Positions 48,601-61,012 of a stretch of DNA of 64,000 nucleotides are shown piece after piece. The position numbers were made by a program, and so were the translations under genes. Origin of the DNA: Phoronis australis (taxonomy: Eukaryota; Animalia; Phoronida); the NCBI GenBank assembly GCA_002633005.1, contig NMRA01000007.1, positions 62,001-126,000 on the forward strand, read 5' to 3'. The notes below the pieces were generated by a model. It made no database searches and was not told the origin of the DNA. It worked only from the letters and a program-made list of their open reading frames with translations. Position 1 is the stretch's first letter. The number at the start of each line of letters is the position of its first letter.

Positions 48601-50683
48601 AGGATGTTTGTATGATAGGTGTTGTGATGTCATACCGGTGTAACATCAACAAAAACCTGACCAAACGATGACATCACAATCACAGCGCCAAGAAACAGGA
48701 AAAGGTAATAACTTGCATATTCATACATTGTAATACTTCCTGTCGACTACAGAAACTAGAACTGGGGAAATCCCCACCATTAACAAGCGTATGTAATCCT
48801 AAAGGGACTATGGCATCACCCACAATGCACTCAGGCCAATAAACAATGCAGGACAGAATTATCACACAATCCCCCAAGCCACACAACCCATGGGAAGTTT
48901 CACAGAGGAAAGACTTTGCACTGGCACTGCATACAAACCAAACACTACTGTTTACAAGGCAAACAAAGCCTTACAGAACAAGGCAACCCCTGAAACCTTT
49001 GGTACCCAACTTTGTAAACCAGGTTGGAGACTAGATGGTTGTGCCCACGACAGCTTGAGGTGGCTATGAACTCACCTTCTGTCAAAAAGCCCGGCTTCAT
49101 TTAGACCACAGATCTCGCATTCTGAAATTACTTCTTGGTTAGATCAGAAGCTATTTCTGGACTTTCAAGAGCTAAAGGTTTATTATTGCTCAAGACCAGA
49201 CTCACTAAGATGGTTTGACCCAACTGGTTAGTCAAATCCCACCAAATTAGGAGGCAATATGCTCCACAACAGGATTTTTAATTTTTTTAAAATTTTTTTT
49301 TCATAAAAGATAAGAAGCACCAAATGAATGCGACCTATACACCTTACCTACCGCGAGACAATGATTCCGAGAAATTGCAGGCATCCATAACAATGTTTGA
49401 AGCCTTTGAAAAACAAAAACAGCCAATTTGCCAATTATTTTTATCCGAAATTGGTGAGATTTTACCGTATTTCATTCACTGCATTACCTCCAACAACAAT
49501 GTATTGTCAATTTTCTCTTTAAGCCCAGAAATTACTAAGTAAGGAATATTAGAGATCAATTTCACAATGGTAGAATCTTTGCCAGAAGGCAGGTACAAAG
49601 CTTTCTCGATTGCACTTATAAAAAGTAACGCCTCCATCACATCCTGAAGACTAGCCGTGGATAAAACAGGCAAGCACAATTTTTCTTACCTGCACCAAGT
49701 TGGGCAGACCAGCTTCACAATGCAGCTGATTACATAAATACACTACAAACCATGTACGATTTATGAACATGAAAAGCTTATAGGTACAAATTTGGAGCCA
49801 TTAAAAACTGGCATCATAAAAAGGTCAATGTTGTTTGGATCTCGACACTCGATTGCTCCCGTGAAACAGATCTTTCTTCACAGATCTACAGACAGTCTTG
49901 AAACTAAATTCAAAGCGGCCCTATCAGAAAAAGTAATCAAGCAATTTTAATATTTATGGTATATGCGTTTGTACAAGTTTTTTTAAGCATCAAGCAAAAT
50001 GTGAAAAAGATTTGTTTTCAGAGCAACAATAACGCAACAAATGTTTTACTTTAAATTCTGCTATAACAACTCCTTTCCAGCCTGAAATAATTTTCACTCT
50101 TCACCCAATTTCGGATAGACTTTCATTGTTGGTCCTGTGTTTATACACTCAACCTCAACTTTGCTCATCAGAATCCTACGCTAATGAAAATCATCAAAAT
50201 TGCTGCTCCAACATCCATATGAATTATGCTTGTTGAAATTATCACTATTAGGTTGAAAAAAAAAACGTGAAAAGATCAATGTTTCACACTGATTGATGGA
50301 TTTTATATTGCACTCAGACTGATTGATGCTATATAAATTAATAATGAACTATAATAACAAATAAGACAGATAAAATGGTAGTAAATGAACAAGACAGAAA
50401 CAAAATGTGTACAACCAAGATAATGCCAGGTAAGATATTTATGTCCATGGCGATGGAATATCAATGGACACAACAGATGTGGGCACAGACATATTTGTGT
50501 GTCTTCACAGAACACCCATCTGTACAATACTAGTACTACGACTCCATTTACGACATCTTGCAGACCTATCCAGACAGTTAGACGGTGTTAAACATTAATT
50601 CTGAATTGATGCTGTGTCATTCATTTAAATACCATATCATATCTCAGAAATGGCTGATCGGATTCACGTGAAACATTCACATA

Positions 50684-52151
50684 CCATATTCGCCCTAATA
50701 ACCGCCCATGCCCCTACAAGCGCCCCCCTCTTGTTTTCAGACTTTGCTAAACTAAGCGCCCAGCCCATGAACGTGTACATGCGAAAAATGCCTTACCTTC
50801 AGTCCTAAAATTCAACAGTAACGTCTTCAATTTATCAATAATATCCGGCATTTTTGAAAAAAAATCATTGTCCGCGGAGTTTGCACACCACGAGCCTCGC
50901 TGCTATGTCGGTGTTTAGCAGTGACTATGCTCTTCAAACTTCCGCCGTGCCTCAAAAAGAACGCAAGTTTTTTTATCTTGTGAGGAATGCGTCCCACTAG
51001 GGTATGGCCTTTCAGAACAGCCACAGCATACTTGTCAACGGGATTGTAGTGCCTATTTCCTGCCCTCAACAGGAATTCAAATTTCTTTGTACTCGTGAAA
51101 ACCGTGAACCGAAGATTAATAAAAAAACTTGACCACTGTTAAAGGCATGTGGCCTGGAAGCGCACGCTACATGTAGCTGTCATCAAAGACATTAGCCGGG
51201 AACTATCCATTCATGAAACGGGTGGCATAGCATCGGCAAGAAATAAATATTGGCACTAATTTCCGACAGTTTCTAACACCATAAAAAATTTTGCGTTATT
51301 TTTAAGAGGGATTGTTTGATTAATCATAATTGGTATTTTTAAAGCCAAATATCCAATAAAATGACCACTGACAGTGAATGCTTACGCACCACTCAACCGA
51401 AAAATAACTGTCAGACAGTCACATACGCATCCAGATGCACGGCGACTATGGGTCTTTCCGAGACAATTGTCAAACGTTTTTCAGCAGATGAGACCGGCAA
51501 GTGCTGAATGAAACACTCTGCTCTACTGCTTGTGCTAATTTCTTTAGATACAATGCAAATCTAGCTTGTTAGATTGCGTTCCAGTACTCAGGCAAATGAA
51601 TTCTAGTGACACGCACGCGCTCGCTTATTCACACACGCAGACGTGACAAAAACATGTGTGTGTTTGTCCAGAGATTTTTCTCGTGTTGTCGGGTAGGCCT
51701 ACAATCACAGATGGCACGATCTAGCACAGATTTAGACTTAACCTGCCGTTAATCCCGACTCCACGAGAACTTCAAAATCTGAGGGATGCTATTTGGAAAA
51801 CTTAAGGAAGATTTCAGGTAATTTGCTCGAGTGAAACTATTTTTTATTCAAGCATTGAAGATGCCATATCGACGATTGCGAGACAGTCGGCGAGTTTTCG
51901 CCCTGGCTAAGATTTCAGCACAATTTTCTGTAAAATTATCGTAACTTAACAAAGTTTGATAGCAATGCACCAAAATTTTATAGAAAGTCTGTCATAGGCT
52001 GGAAATATGTCACAGAGCGTAAATATGATGAATCTTAGTTTCCGATTTCACCTGTTTCGCAGAATGGGCTTCAACCGCCTTGGGTTAGAATAAACGCCCC
52101 CCTGAAACGAACTTTTCTAAGCGCCCTGGGCAGTTATTAGGACGAATATGG
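50684..52151. mobile_element. TA-flanked (Tc1/mariner/pogo-type) non-autonomous element carrying a HIRAN-like gene fragment
   Basis: TA TSD; about 25-bp TIR CCATATTCG(C/T)CCTAATAAC(C/T)GCCCA; subterminal AA(G/A)CGCCC repeats at both ends. Confidence 0.85.
50827..51069 (-). pseudogene. HIRAN-like domain fragment inside the transposon
   Basis: NPVDKYAVAVLKGHTLVGRIPHKI...FFLRHGG...VT matches the HIRAN NxxDxxAVxV...VGxxP pattern. No ATG start; appears degenerate. Confidence 0.6.
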
Positions 52152-52577
52152 TACTGTGCTTTCCAAAATGCTGTTATGATTAGTTTTTAATTTAAAATGT
52201 TCCGATTTTGCACGAGGGGCTATAAAATGGGGCTTTCTTGATAAATAGAATTTGATCCTGTTATTGACACTATTGTTTTGCCATGAACGTAACTTCCTTT
52301 TTTCTAAATTTTGAAAAAAACATGGTCACATGACCCTATTAATGACAGACTGGTGAAAATCAATCTACAGGCTTTCTACGTTCAGAAAACATACTTTTAT
52401 CGAGATGCATAGCTGAATGCGCTGACTTGTCAAAGAGCTGCAACATAACCTTAATTAGAAAGTACTTGCCTACTAATTAAAGACCTGCGACATGACAGTG
52501 TGCATTTCTACAGATTCTATGTTTCCAATGCCCATGGTATGCAAAGAGAATATTGTTCACATAGTGGGTGTCAACAT

Positions 52578-52706
52578 CTTTAGTACACATATGTACTGTA
52601 TGATAGGATCAAATCTTCACCTTTAGTTCACATATGTACTGTATGATAGGATCAAATCTTCACCTTTAGTACACATATGTACTGTATGATAGGATCAAAT
52701 CTTCAC
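52578..52706. repeat. 43-bp tandem repeat, 3 copies
   Basis: Unit CTTTAGTACACATATGTACTGTATGATAGGATCAAATCTTCAC at 52578, 52621 and about 52664. Confidence 0.92.
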
Positions 52707-55700
52707 TCCAATGCCTAAAATCTAAAGAAATGTCAAATGGTCACAAAGCCTAAGATCGTTGACAATATCTAAATTAGTTGGTCAATGAAACTGGTGGAGA
52801 CCAGAGGCAACACTGCCAGCTTCAACTTAAGGTGCCAATAACACAAGGAGACCGAAAAAATTTGGACTTTGCTGAACAAGGTTATTTTTAAGGAAATACC
52901 AACAAAAACACCAATGACTGTACTTCCAATTGTGAAACACAACGTAATTCAAAATGCTGAACTTCAGCTTTTTACAAAGCCATTTCACGAGCTTAAAAGC
53001 GTGTGCTAGCACATTGCTGCATCATTTTCCGTCCCCATAATAAACAGCTACCTGGCCTTGAGTGACTACCGAGAAAGTGTTGTGCTTAGATTACAAGTAT
53101 GTCGAATAAACAACAATTATGCAAATGAACCATGAAGCAGAAACAAGAACTTCACGTCAGACTAACATACTTGGCGTAAAGATTTCGCCTAAAGTAGTAA
53201 AACCTGTTAGTACCACACTAAACTCAAGCAAACTCGAATAGATCAGGGTCAACCAGTCTTCCCATTGAACCAATCAATGAGCTCCATTCAGACCATGGTG
53301 TCACCACCTGTAATTAGGAACTGCTAACTCTGTAGAACCAAAGCAAAAGTTCTACCCCAAAACATGAACCAAAACAATGTTTTTCAAAGATCATAATGCA
53401 CAGGGCAAGCACTGCGACATCACAAAACAAAATATTCACAACGCACATACATATAAATAAGAATCGGCAAAAGATACAGTACAAACCAAAAGTATTCAGA
53501 CAAAATGATGCGCAATTCCCCCGTCATAGTGGCTGGCCACAAGTTGAATTCGTTGACATAATAGCATTCCTTCCTGATTATGAATAAAATGGAATTTACC
53601 AGAACGTTAACTGAGGTGAAAAACGCTATTCTGTCATTAGCTATTTTGCGGCAATGGCAGTTCATGGGCAGCCACTTTAGCAGTGAAAGGTATAAGAAGT
53701 CATGACAGAGAAATGATGTTTTGTCCAACTACTTTCGGCATGTACTATACTAAGCAAGAACTTGAAAAATACATTAAAGCCACATGTATAAACAGTAGAT
53801 CACATAACGGAACAAATGTTTCCAACACCACAAAAAAGATTTTAAAAGTTTTGCTCTTTCCATAAACAGGTCTTGACAATGCATTGTTTTTGGACAAAAG
53901 CAAGAATGAAAATATCCTGGTCAAAACCGGTCATGTTAGTTTAGCTGTAAACTAATGCCCTGTTTAGATGAAAAACGTGAACGCTCAACAAACTGGAAAT
54001 GTTACTCCAGTGCAAGTCTATTGAATCCAGACCCAACTGGCAACATTGTATCAGTAGCCAACTCGAGCGCAAAACTGTAGTCAAGATGAAAATGAAGGTC
54101 TCATTTGCTCTTGAGCAACTGCATCAAAGTGAAGCATTACTTTCATTTCTTGGCTTTAACTACTGTTTTCCTGGCATACCGTATATTTACTCTCGGTAGA
54201 ATTATTGAAAGTGACGAAAAATGGCCCAGAAAAAGGCCTGCACCTTGGTTCACCATTTAATTCCATTCAACAAACACAAACAAATATGACTAAAACAGAT
54301 AATGTTCAGTAAGGGTCACTTAATATTGTTGCAGGAATAGTAAACACTCGCCAGGGGAACAACTATTAAGGTTAAAATATGTCTCTCTAAGATAAGGTTA
54401 AAGAAATTAGAAAGCAGTATAATTGGTTCTGGTCTTGTTGTTTTTCGGAGATGGCGGTGATGGGGCAATTTTTCTTGTCCTTATATGAAGTCACCTGATG
54501 CCCATGGAAATGAGACAGGGTCCTCCTTCAACAAAGAGGAGCAGATTTCAAAAATGAATCCGCCAGACTAGAACCCACCTTTTTCAGCCTACCCAGGGAT
54601 CTATTGAGTATTTTAGTAAGAGTAACATGAACAACAATTGCTTCCCCTCAATTTCTATCATAACCACACTGATTTTGAGAATGCAGTCAGAACAAGAGTT
54701 CACACAGACAACTTTGTTTCCAGTCAAACTTGTCATCTAAACAGGGCTTTAGCAAGATCGATGCCTAACACTTCTAATTAGGCCTATGTACACTACCTTT
54801 GCATGCGACTCGCCGACATGTTTACTGGCCAAAGGAATCAGAGCAAGCCTAAATGAAATAAAACAAAACAAAGCTGACAATGGTATCATGCAAACAAACG
54901 ATCAATGGTGTATTTGGAATAATTTTAATTACTTAGGACTGACAGGGGAGACAACACAAATGGAAACAAAATAAAGAGCATTTTAAGTTTATAACAAATG
55001 CGCATCAATTAAGTTCATTTGAGCGACACCCACTATGACTCATTTCCTTATAGTTATGAGCCACAAGTCTGTATGACCAGACCTTCCCAATCAAGTAGCA
55101 GTATGAAGACTTGTGGCAAAATACAGGGCGTCATTTCTAAATAAACTTCAAAATTTCACACTGCATGGGTAGTTCTTCTCGTCACCTGATCATGAAACTT
55201 ATATCACCATGCAGAGCTAACAACCGTTTTAACAGCATTTTATCGCATCAGTTTTTTACCACATGATTCCAAAGCTAGACCAGTCCATGCTCCAAGCTCA
55301 ACATACATACAACTATTGGGCTCATGCGACTTGGTAGAATCTAAGTGTGTAAACAAGTGTTCTGACAACTTTTCAGTTAAAAACTTCAAATAAAAAAGTC
55401 ATCTACATATCAGTATACTAGTTCATGGAAATCAGAGTAGGTAGACATTGGCCAAAATTTCCTACAACGTTGTACAGGAAAAATCAGTTTGTATGAAGTC
55501 AGGGCTTTAGTCCTACACAGCATTAATAAGGTTACGCCAAAATTGGAAACTTCATGTGAAACAAATGAAGTTACAATAGGACTGAGCTTCATAAACGCCA
55601 GAATCTCATGAGTTAAGGTAGAGTTGTCACGTGCCTCATGTGTGATACATGGCTATCTCGTATCTACGGAACATAGGCCAGGGCACATCATAGAACATCA

Positions 55701-57491
55701 GGCCACTCCAGGTTGTTGCTAGGTTCCGTCTTTCTAAACTTGAGTAGATACCATAACCTAAGATCACGATGGACATCTGTTCCCATGTACTGCCAAGACT
55801 TCAACATTCATGAGCCTGGCTACTGTTGAACCAATGGAGACCAGGCCAAATCTACTTCTACAGGGCCTCATCAATTGAGGAGAAAGGTGCATGTGCATTC
55901 AACTTCAATGATGGGAACTTTTTGGGGTGAGGGTAAAATTTTACAATCCCAATCACCATAAATAGCATTTCCCACCCCTATTGCAAGCACTTAAAGGTTG
56001 TGCCTCGAGTAGCCAAAACTAACTTTTTGTACTCTTTCAAATTGTCACCTGTGCAAGCAACAAGTGATTTGCACCTCAAGGGGAAAATCTTCTATCACTT
56101 AAGGGAAGTTTTTTGGGCTTCACAAGTAGATTTCATTTCGCATGACGTTTAAATAATTTCACAGGGGAATGGGGCCGATGTTTGTCTCCAGAATCTAAGG
56201 ATAGAGCTCCCTGTTCGAGCTACTGTCATTCATTGCAGTTGTGCAGGCTGCTAGGATTGCAAACCATGCAAGATCATGATATTCAAATGTATGCAGTCCC
56301 ACAGATACTCCACTCTCCCAATAAGCACTTTTGTCCTTACAGTTCAGAAAAAATCAAGCCAGTACCAATTCCAAATCATTGACATAGATTAAACTAAGCT
56401 TTTGCACAGAGCATGCCTGTTGTTGTTGCAGTTGTTAGCCTTGGCCCATTTTATTTTGCTACATGCAGATTTTGCCACACTAATCCAATATCCAAGAAAC
56501 CAGAACTGTCTCTACAACTCCTATTGGATAACTTCTTCGTACTGCCAGGTAAAAAAACTCAGTCCTTAAACAAGGCACTACTCAGTTGGGATTAGAGTCT
56601 AGCACAATCATCCGAGCAATGGCCATTCCCAATCACTATTCACTCATTTACAAAAATACTCAAAAGCGTGAAACAGAGCGCACGAAATAATTCACAAAGT
56701 CAATTACGCCAACATATTTGGAATAAATATATGAAATTTTGTCAAGGCACTATCAAATTTTCTGTCACAGGAAAAATTTTTAAAGACTTTGGTTGTTTTT
56801 GTCAGGAATAGTTAGAGAACCAGATGATGCTTGTTATTGAGTGGAGAAAATCAGTTCTCAAAATGCAGGCACTTTGTAACCGCGTACAAACATTCTTGCA
56901 TACTTCTGAGAGCGAAAATGAATCCCGAGTTTATGACCCCCAAGACAGTGTCCTTTCTGCCCATGCCTTTGTAATACTTACCAAGGCTCAATGTGTTTCA
57001 TGTTTTGTAACTTTTATAATGTGTTTTTACTTGATTCGAGTTGTGTTTTGAAGGGATACACTTTGGCACTGTTCAGTTATACGATGATCCTTGATTTAGG
57101 CAACCAGTTTCTTCCACTGAATTCAGTAATTGCCTGGTTATCTAAAACAGTTTCCTTCTCTAACAGACCCGTTATGACGTTATGCCTATGGTTCTCTAAA
57201 TCAGGAACCACTGAAATACAACCAGTGCTGGCACTTTGAAAGGCCAGTGAGGTATACATGGTTCACTGCAATAGGGGCTTTTTAAAAATCTTTTGTTGGA
57301 ACACACGCACCCTCGTTTCTAGTGATGGCCCCTCCCCCTCCTCCACAGTACTGCCACTGGCTCCATCTCCAGACCCAGTTTACCATGATCATGAACAAGC
57401 TGACTGTCAAGCAAAAAACATCTCACCAGAGCAAATAAATAAAGTCTGACTGACACAAAAGACACGAGACAGTTGTATTCTAAGAACTTAC

Positions 57492-57700
57492 ACGGCAGGA
57501 CAAACAAGTCGACTTTACTCTCTGCCAGCCCTGATCCGCACTAGTCTCAGTCTGACTGGAAGGAATGGAGCGAGTGTTGAGGCTGTTGAGCTGAGTAACT
57601 TCTTCGACTGTTACTTTCGATACAAACCTACGTTCAACCCAAACAAATATCAATTCGGACATGAGATAGCGTGGTCGAAATAAGACATATTTGCACTCTG
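57492..57700 (-). other. KLC: Probable distal 5'UTR (first) exon of KLC; 5' end uncertain
   Basis: CCGT|GTAAGT donor at 57491; CpG-richer sequence next to the divergent eIF5 5' end; not in frame with the KLC CDS. Confidence 0.4.
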
Positions 57701-58000
57701 AATAACACCCTTACTGAAAAATTACTGCAAATCACTGCTTCCTCACATCCCGGTGAGAGAACTGTCAATATGGCGGAAGCAAAGGTTGATGATAAAACTG
57801 TGAATGTAAAATGAAAAATTGTGTGTCGAATCATTGAATATGCATAGATGTAGTTTATACCGCTTGTGATTTTATTAAAATATTAATCTCTAGGTTCACG
57901 TAAGATATACTTACTTCAACAATCTTTATTAGAAATCTCATTAAAAGTTTTTCTAAAACAATGCTTCATCCGGGCAACTCATTTGCGCAATCGGGATCTC
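57700..58000. promoter_or_regulatory. Putative bidirectional promoter between KLC (-) and eIF5 (+)
   Basis: Divergent donors at 57491 (-) and about 58007 (+, AG|GTACGT). AATATGGCGGAAG (YY1/ETS-like) near 57767. Inferred only. Confidence 0.4.
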
Positions 58001-58127
58001 AGTAGGTACGTGAGGTGATCAGCGTTTCTGGTTTAAAACTTACAAACAAACTAAATTTCTGTCTAATTCTTTGTATCGCATGTGTTAGCAGCTTACCTAT
58101 GTCAACGACATGATTGTTTTGTTGTAG

Positions 58128-58275
58128 GTTCTGGTTGGACCGTGCTTTCCGAAGGCGAGTGAGAAGACAACAGCTGTCGACCCGCGTGTCACCAGTTGAT
58201 CACGCCATTTTCTTTTTCATTTTTATACATTTTATCAAGTTTACATCGTTTTTATGACTTTGTGTATTCAAGAAA
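58128..58275 (+). other. EIF5: eIF5 5'UTR exon containing the first uAUG (58254)
   Basis: TTTTGTTGTAG acceptor and AAA|GTAAGT donor. Splicing to 60816 gives one continuous uORF. Confidence 0.6.
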
Positions 58276-58643
58276 GTAAGTATTTGTGACTTAAAGTATA
58301 CTTTACATTTGATGATAACTTACTTTTCTTCAAGAAAGATTGAAAATAACTGCATTTGAATTTCCACGATAACCGATTACATCATCCTAATTTTTTGTGG
58401 ATAATCTTGCTTTTAACAGCGTTTATGTCCTCGTAGTTTTTTATGAGTAATCCCTAGAAAATATGTTCCTATTAGCTTCCTTTTGTAAATCACATCTCAG
58501 AAATCGCAGAATGGAGTCAAATGATGCTCGGATTATGCCTTTGTGGTCTAGACAGTAACTCTGTCTGCACTGGCTGCAGTAGAGACAATGGTCAGCCATA
58601 TGCTGAAAGCTTTTTGGTGAATTTAGCCTCACACTGATTAAGG

Positions 58644-59203
58644 CAGGGACTCATCTAGGATTTGAAAATTAGGGGTCCAAATTCGTGAGACTGACAAATC
58701 GTGCAAAGCGCAAATCTGAGGCGCGCAGCGCTGATGGGGGGGGGGAAGGTTTGGGGAGGGGGGATTCCCCCTCCCACTGAGGAAAAAAATTGTTACATAA
58801 AAAAGGTCATTTCCTTGCATTTTATTTAGCACACTGTTTGCATCTCTTTTTCTTGTTCAAAGGACGGCATATAGGAAAACGAAACAAAAATTAGGAGGTT
58901 TGTTTCATTCAGGATGTGTGTATATTATCACTAGACTGCAAAAATCAAGATATGTAAATCTTTTTAGTAAGATAATCTGTTTAGATTTGCATGTTTTTAA
59001 TGTCAAGTTATTTCTTAATATTTAGCGAACTTAAACAATGAATTGTAGGTTTCAATAAAATTTATTAATAATCAATGTTAAAATTCTTCGTTTAGCCTTC
59101 ATTTTCGCCGAGGTTGTCTTGGAACAGGCCGTCTTTTTCCGTCTTGGCCGTGCCATCCAAAGCCGTCATTTTTTTAGCTGTACGGCCGCTAGATGAGTCC
59201 CTG
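58644..59203. mobile_element. Non-autonomous hAT MITE
   Basis: 15-bp perfect TIR CAGGGACTCATCTAG; 8-bp TSD GATTAAGG (58636-58643 and 59204-59211). Confidence 0.9.
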
Positions 59204-59836
59204 GATTAAGGTTATCAAAATCATGTTTCTATCAATACATAGAGAGAATAGAGGTACAACGTTGGAGGCTGTTGATGTCTCTAATTCCTTCCAACTATAA
59301 CAAATACTCCCGTAATTAAACTTTTTTCGAACAATCCATTCGGTTGCCCAAATTGGTAGCTTGCCATTTTTACGTTGCTCCTGCAAGGGAATGATTGTGG
59401 GAGAATTTGTTTGAGCTGGAAAGCTTAACATTTATAGACAGTAACTTCACCAAAAAGCATCTTACTTTCAAACTTTCACCCATAAATTGAAAAAATGGTC
59501 ACAACTAAAACAAAAATACAAAGTCACTCGATGCACTGAGTCGGAAAGCTCAGCAGGCAGACTCAACAAAGTGACGTGCGACCAAACTAGGACTGAAAAT
59601 AAGCTACTGAGGTCGTTATTTTTTATAAAAAAGATATGTTACTTAATGGCTGGGCGTGAAAAAAATCAACATTTTTGAAAGCAATCGTTGAAGAGTTTTG
59701 GAGAATAGTGCATGGACCATAGTGTGTGGAATTTTCATGGGAAGCTGCTCAGCCATTACTTAGACATGGTGTTCTTAAGTTACCCACATTTGGACTTTTA
59801 GCTAAGGTCCTACATTACGTTAACGACCCAAGTCAG

Positions 59837-59917
59837 GGGTGCATCAATGATGATAAAACCCCTACCCTTGACCAATAGTGGAAGTGGTTAATGATTAGTC
59901 TTACTGATGGTGCACCC
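59837..59917 (+). ncRNA. Intronic C/D-box snoRNA, copy 1 (28S rRNA guide)
   Basis: Box C ATGATGA 59847-59853, box D CTGA 59904-59907, 10-bp terminal stem GGGTGCATCA/TGGTGCACCC. The guide GATTAGTCTT is complementary to the conserved LSU sequence AAGACUAAUC. Confidence 0.88.
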
Positions 59918-60077
59918 TGTTTCTAGTGACTGAGTATTTAGAATAGTTTACCACTGATGCCTTAAGAGGTCCCTATTTTTGCTAACGCTGCAGCATTGTT
60001 AACGACTCGACAAGCTTTGGAGCATGGACAGTGAATACCTCTGAGTTTTAAACTCAAAGGGTGAATGTTCATTTAGT

Positions 60078-60587
60078 CAGGGCTTGGAATTTTCCGCGGA
60101 AACGCGGATTTCCGCTTTTTTCAAATGTGCTTTCTGCTTTTTTTATAATATTTCCGCGTAAAAAAAATCGGATTTGATGTAAAATTTCCGCGGCAAATTC
60201 CTTTCTTACCACGGCGTTGCAGACGACGTTCACTTCGAAAAGCGGAAGTTGCTCTTTATGTTTCGGAGGAACGTAAATTGTCAACATTGCCAGGGCACCT
60301 GGGACAGCGTGGTGGGATTTTCAATGGCGTCTCGTGTTATTGTTAAGCGCGGCGCCAATACTACCGCTCTGTAGCCAGAAAGTGTGTGGGTTGGGAGTGG
60401 ACGGGCGAGCCAAAGGGACGCAGACGCATGCTACTGATGGTGGTAACGTGTTTTTTTTTTTTAGTCCTCCTGATTTTTGTCGGGGAAAGGTTCATATTGA
60501 CCATTTCAAGGCTGGTTATCGGGCATGATTTGGGTCGTAAAAGTTTCAAAGTTTCCGCATTTTTGTCATTGGTCATTCCAAGCCCTG
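60078..60587. mobile_element. Non-autonomous hAT-like MITE, copy 2 (6-bp TSD)
   Basis: Same TIR and body as 4034-4550; TSD TTTAGT (60072-60077 and 60588-60593). Confidence 0.9.
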
Positions 60588-60895
60588 TTTAGTACACATT
60601 GTGCCTTTCAGTAAGATTGAGATTTATTGTTAGTCATCTAAAGTCCGATTTTACTTTGTTAAATTTGAGTATTATATTACATTGGGCTTGTTGTAAATTT
60701 TTGTCAGAATGGGAATGCCATTTGAAAAACTGCTAATACATTGTATTTTAAGGTGATTGGTATGTTTGCTTCACTGTATTGTGATGGACGCTCAACTCTA
60801 TTCTTCTTTTTGCAGGGCTTCTGCTGCTTAGCCCCAAAGGACGGCGTAAATTGTTAGTAAAAAGGACTTTCAGTTCAACCTGCCCAAGAAGGTTT

Positions 60896-61012
60896 ATGAA
60901 TTTCTGTAAGCAGAACTCGACAGAATTTTGTCACGACGCTGGAGTCCACAGAAAACACATAGGCCACAGGAGTAAAAACACAAGATGTCTGTCAACGTTA
61001 ACAGAAACGTGA
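60896..61012 (+). promoter_or_regulatory. eIF5 inhibitory uORF: poor-context TTT-ATG-A start, out of frame, overlapping the main AUG
   Basis: [38 protein letters not shown]; spans ATG 60985; extends upstream in frame to the uAUG at 58254 after splicing. Confidence 0.75.

Noticed and set aside
57480-57662. 60-aa ORF as a KLC coding first exon
   Set aside because: It meets the GTAAGT donor in phase 0, but the KLC acceptor needs phase 2. At most it is a uORF.
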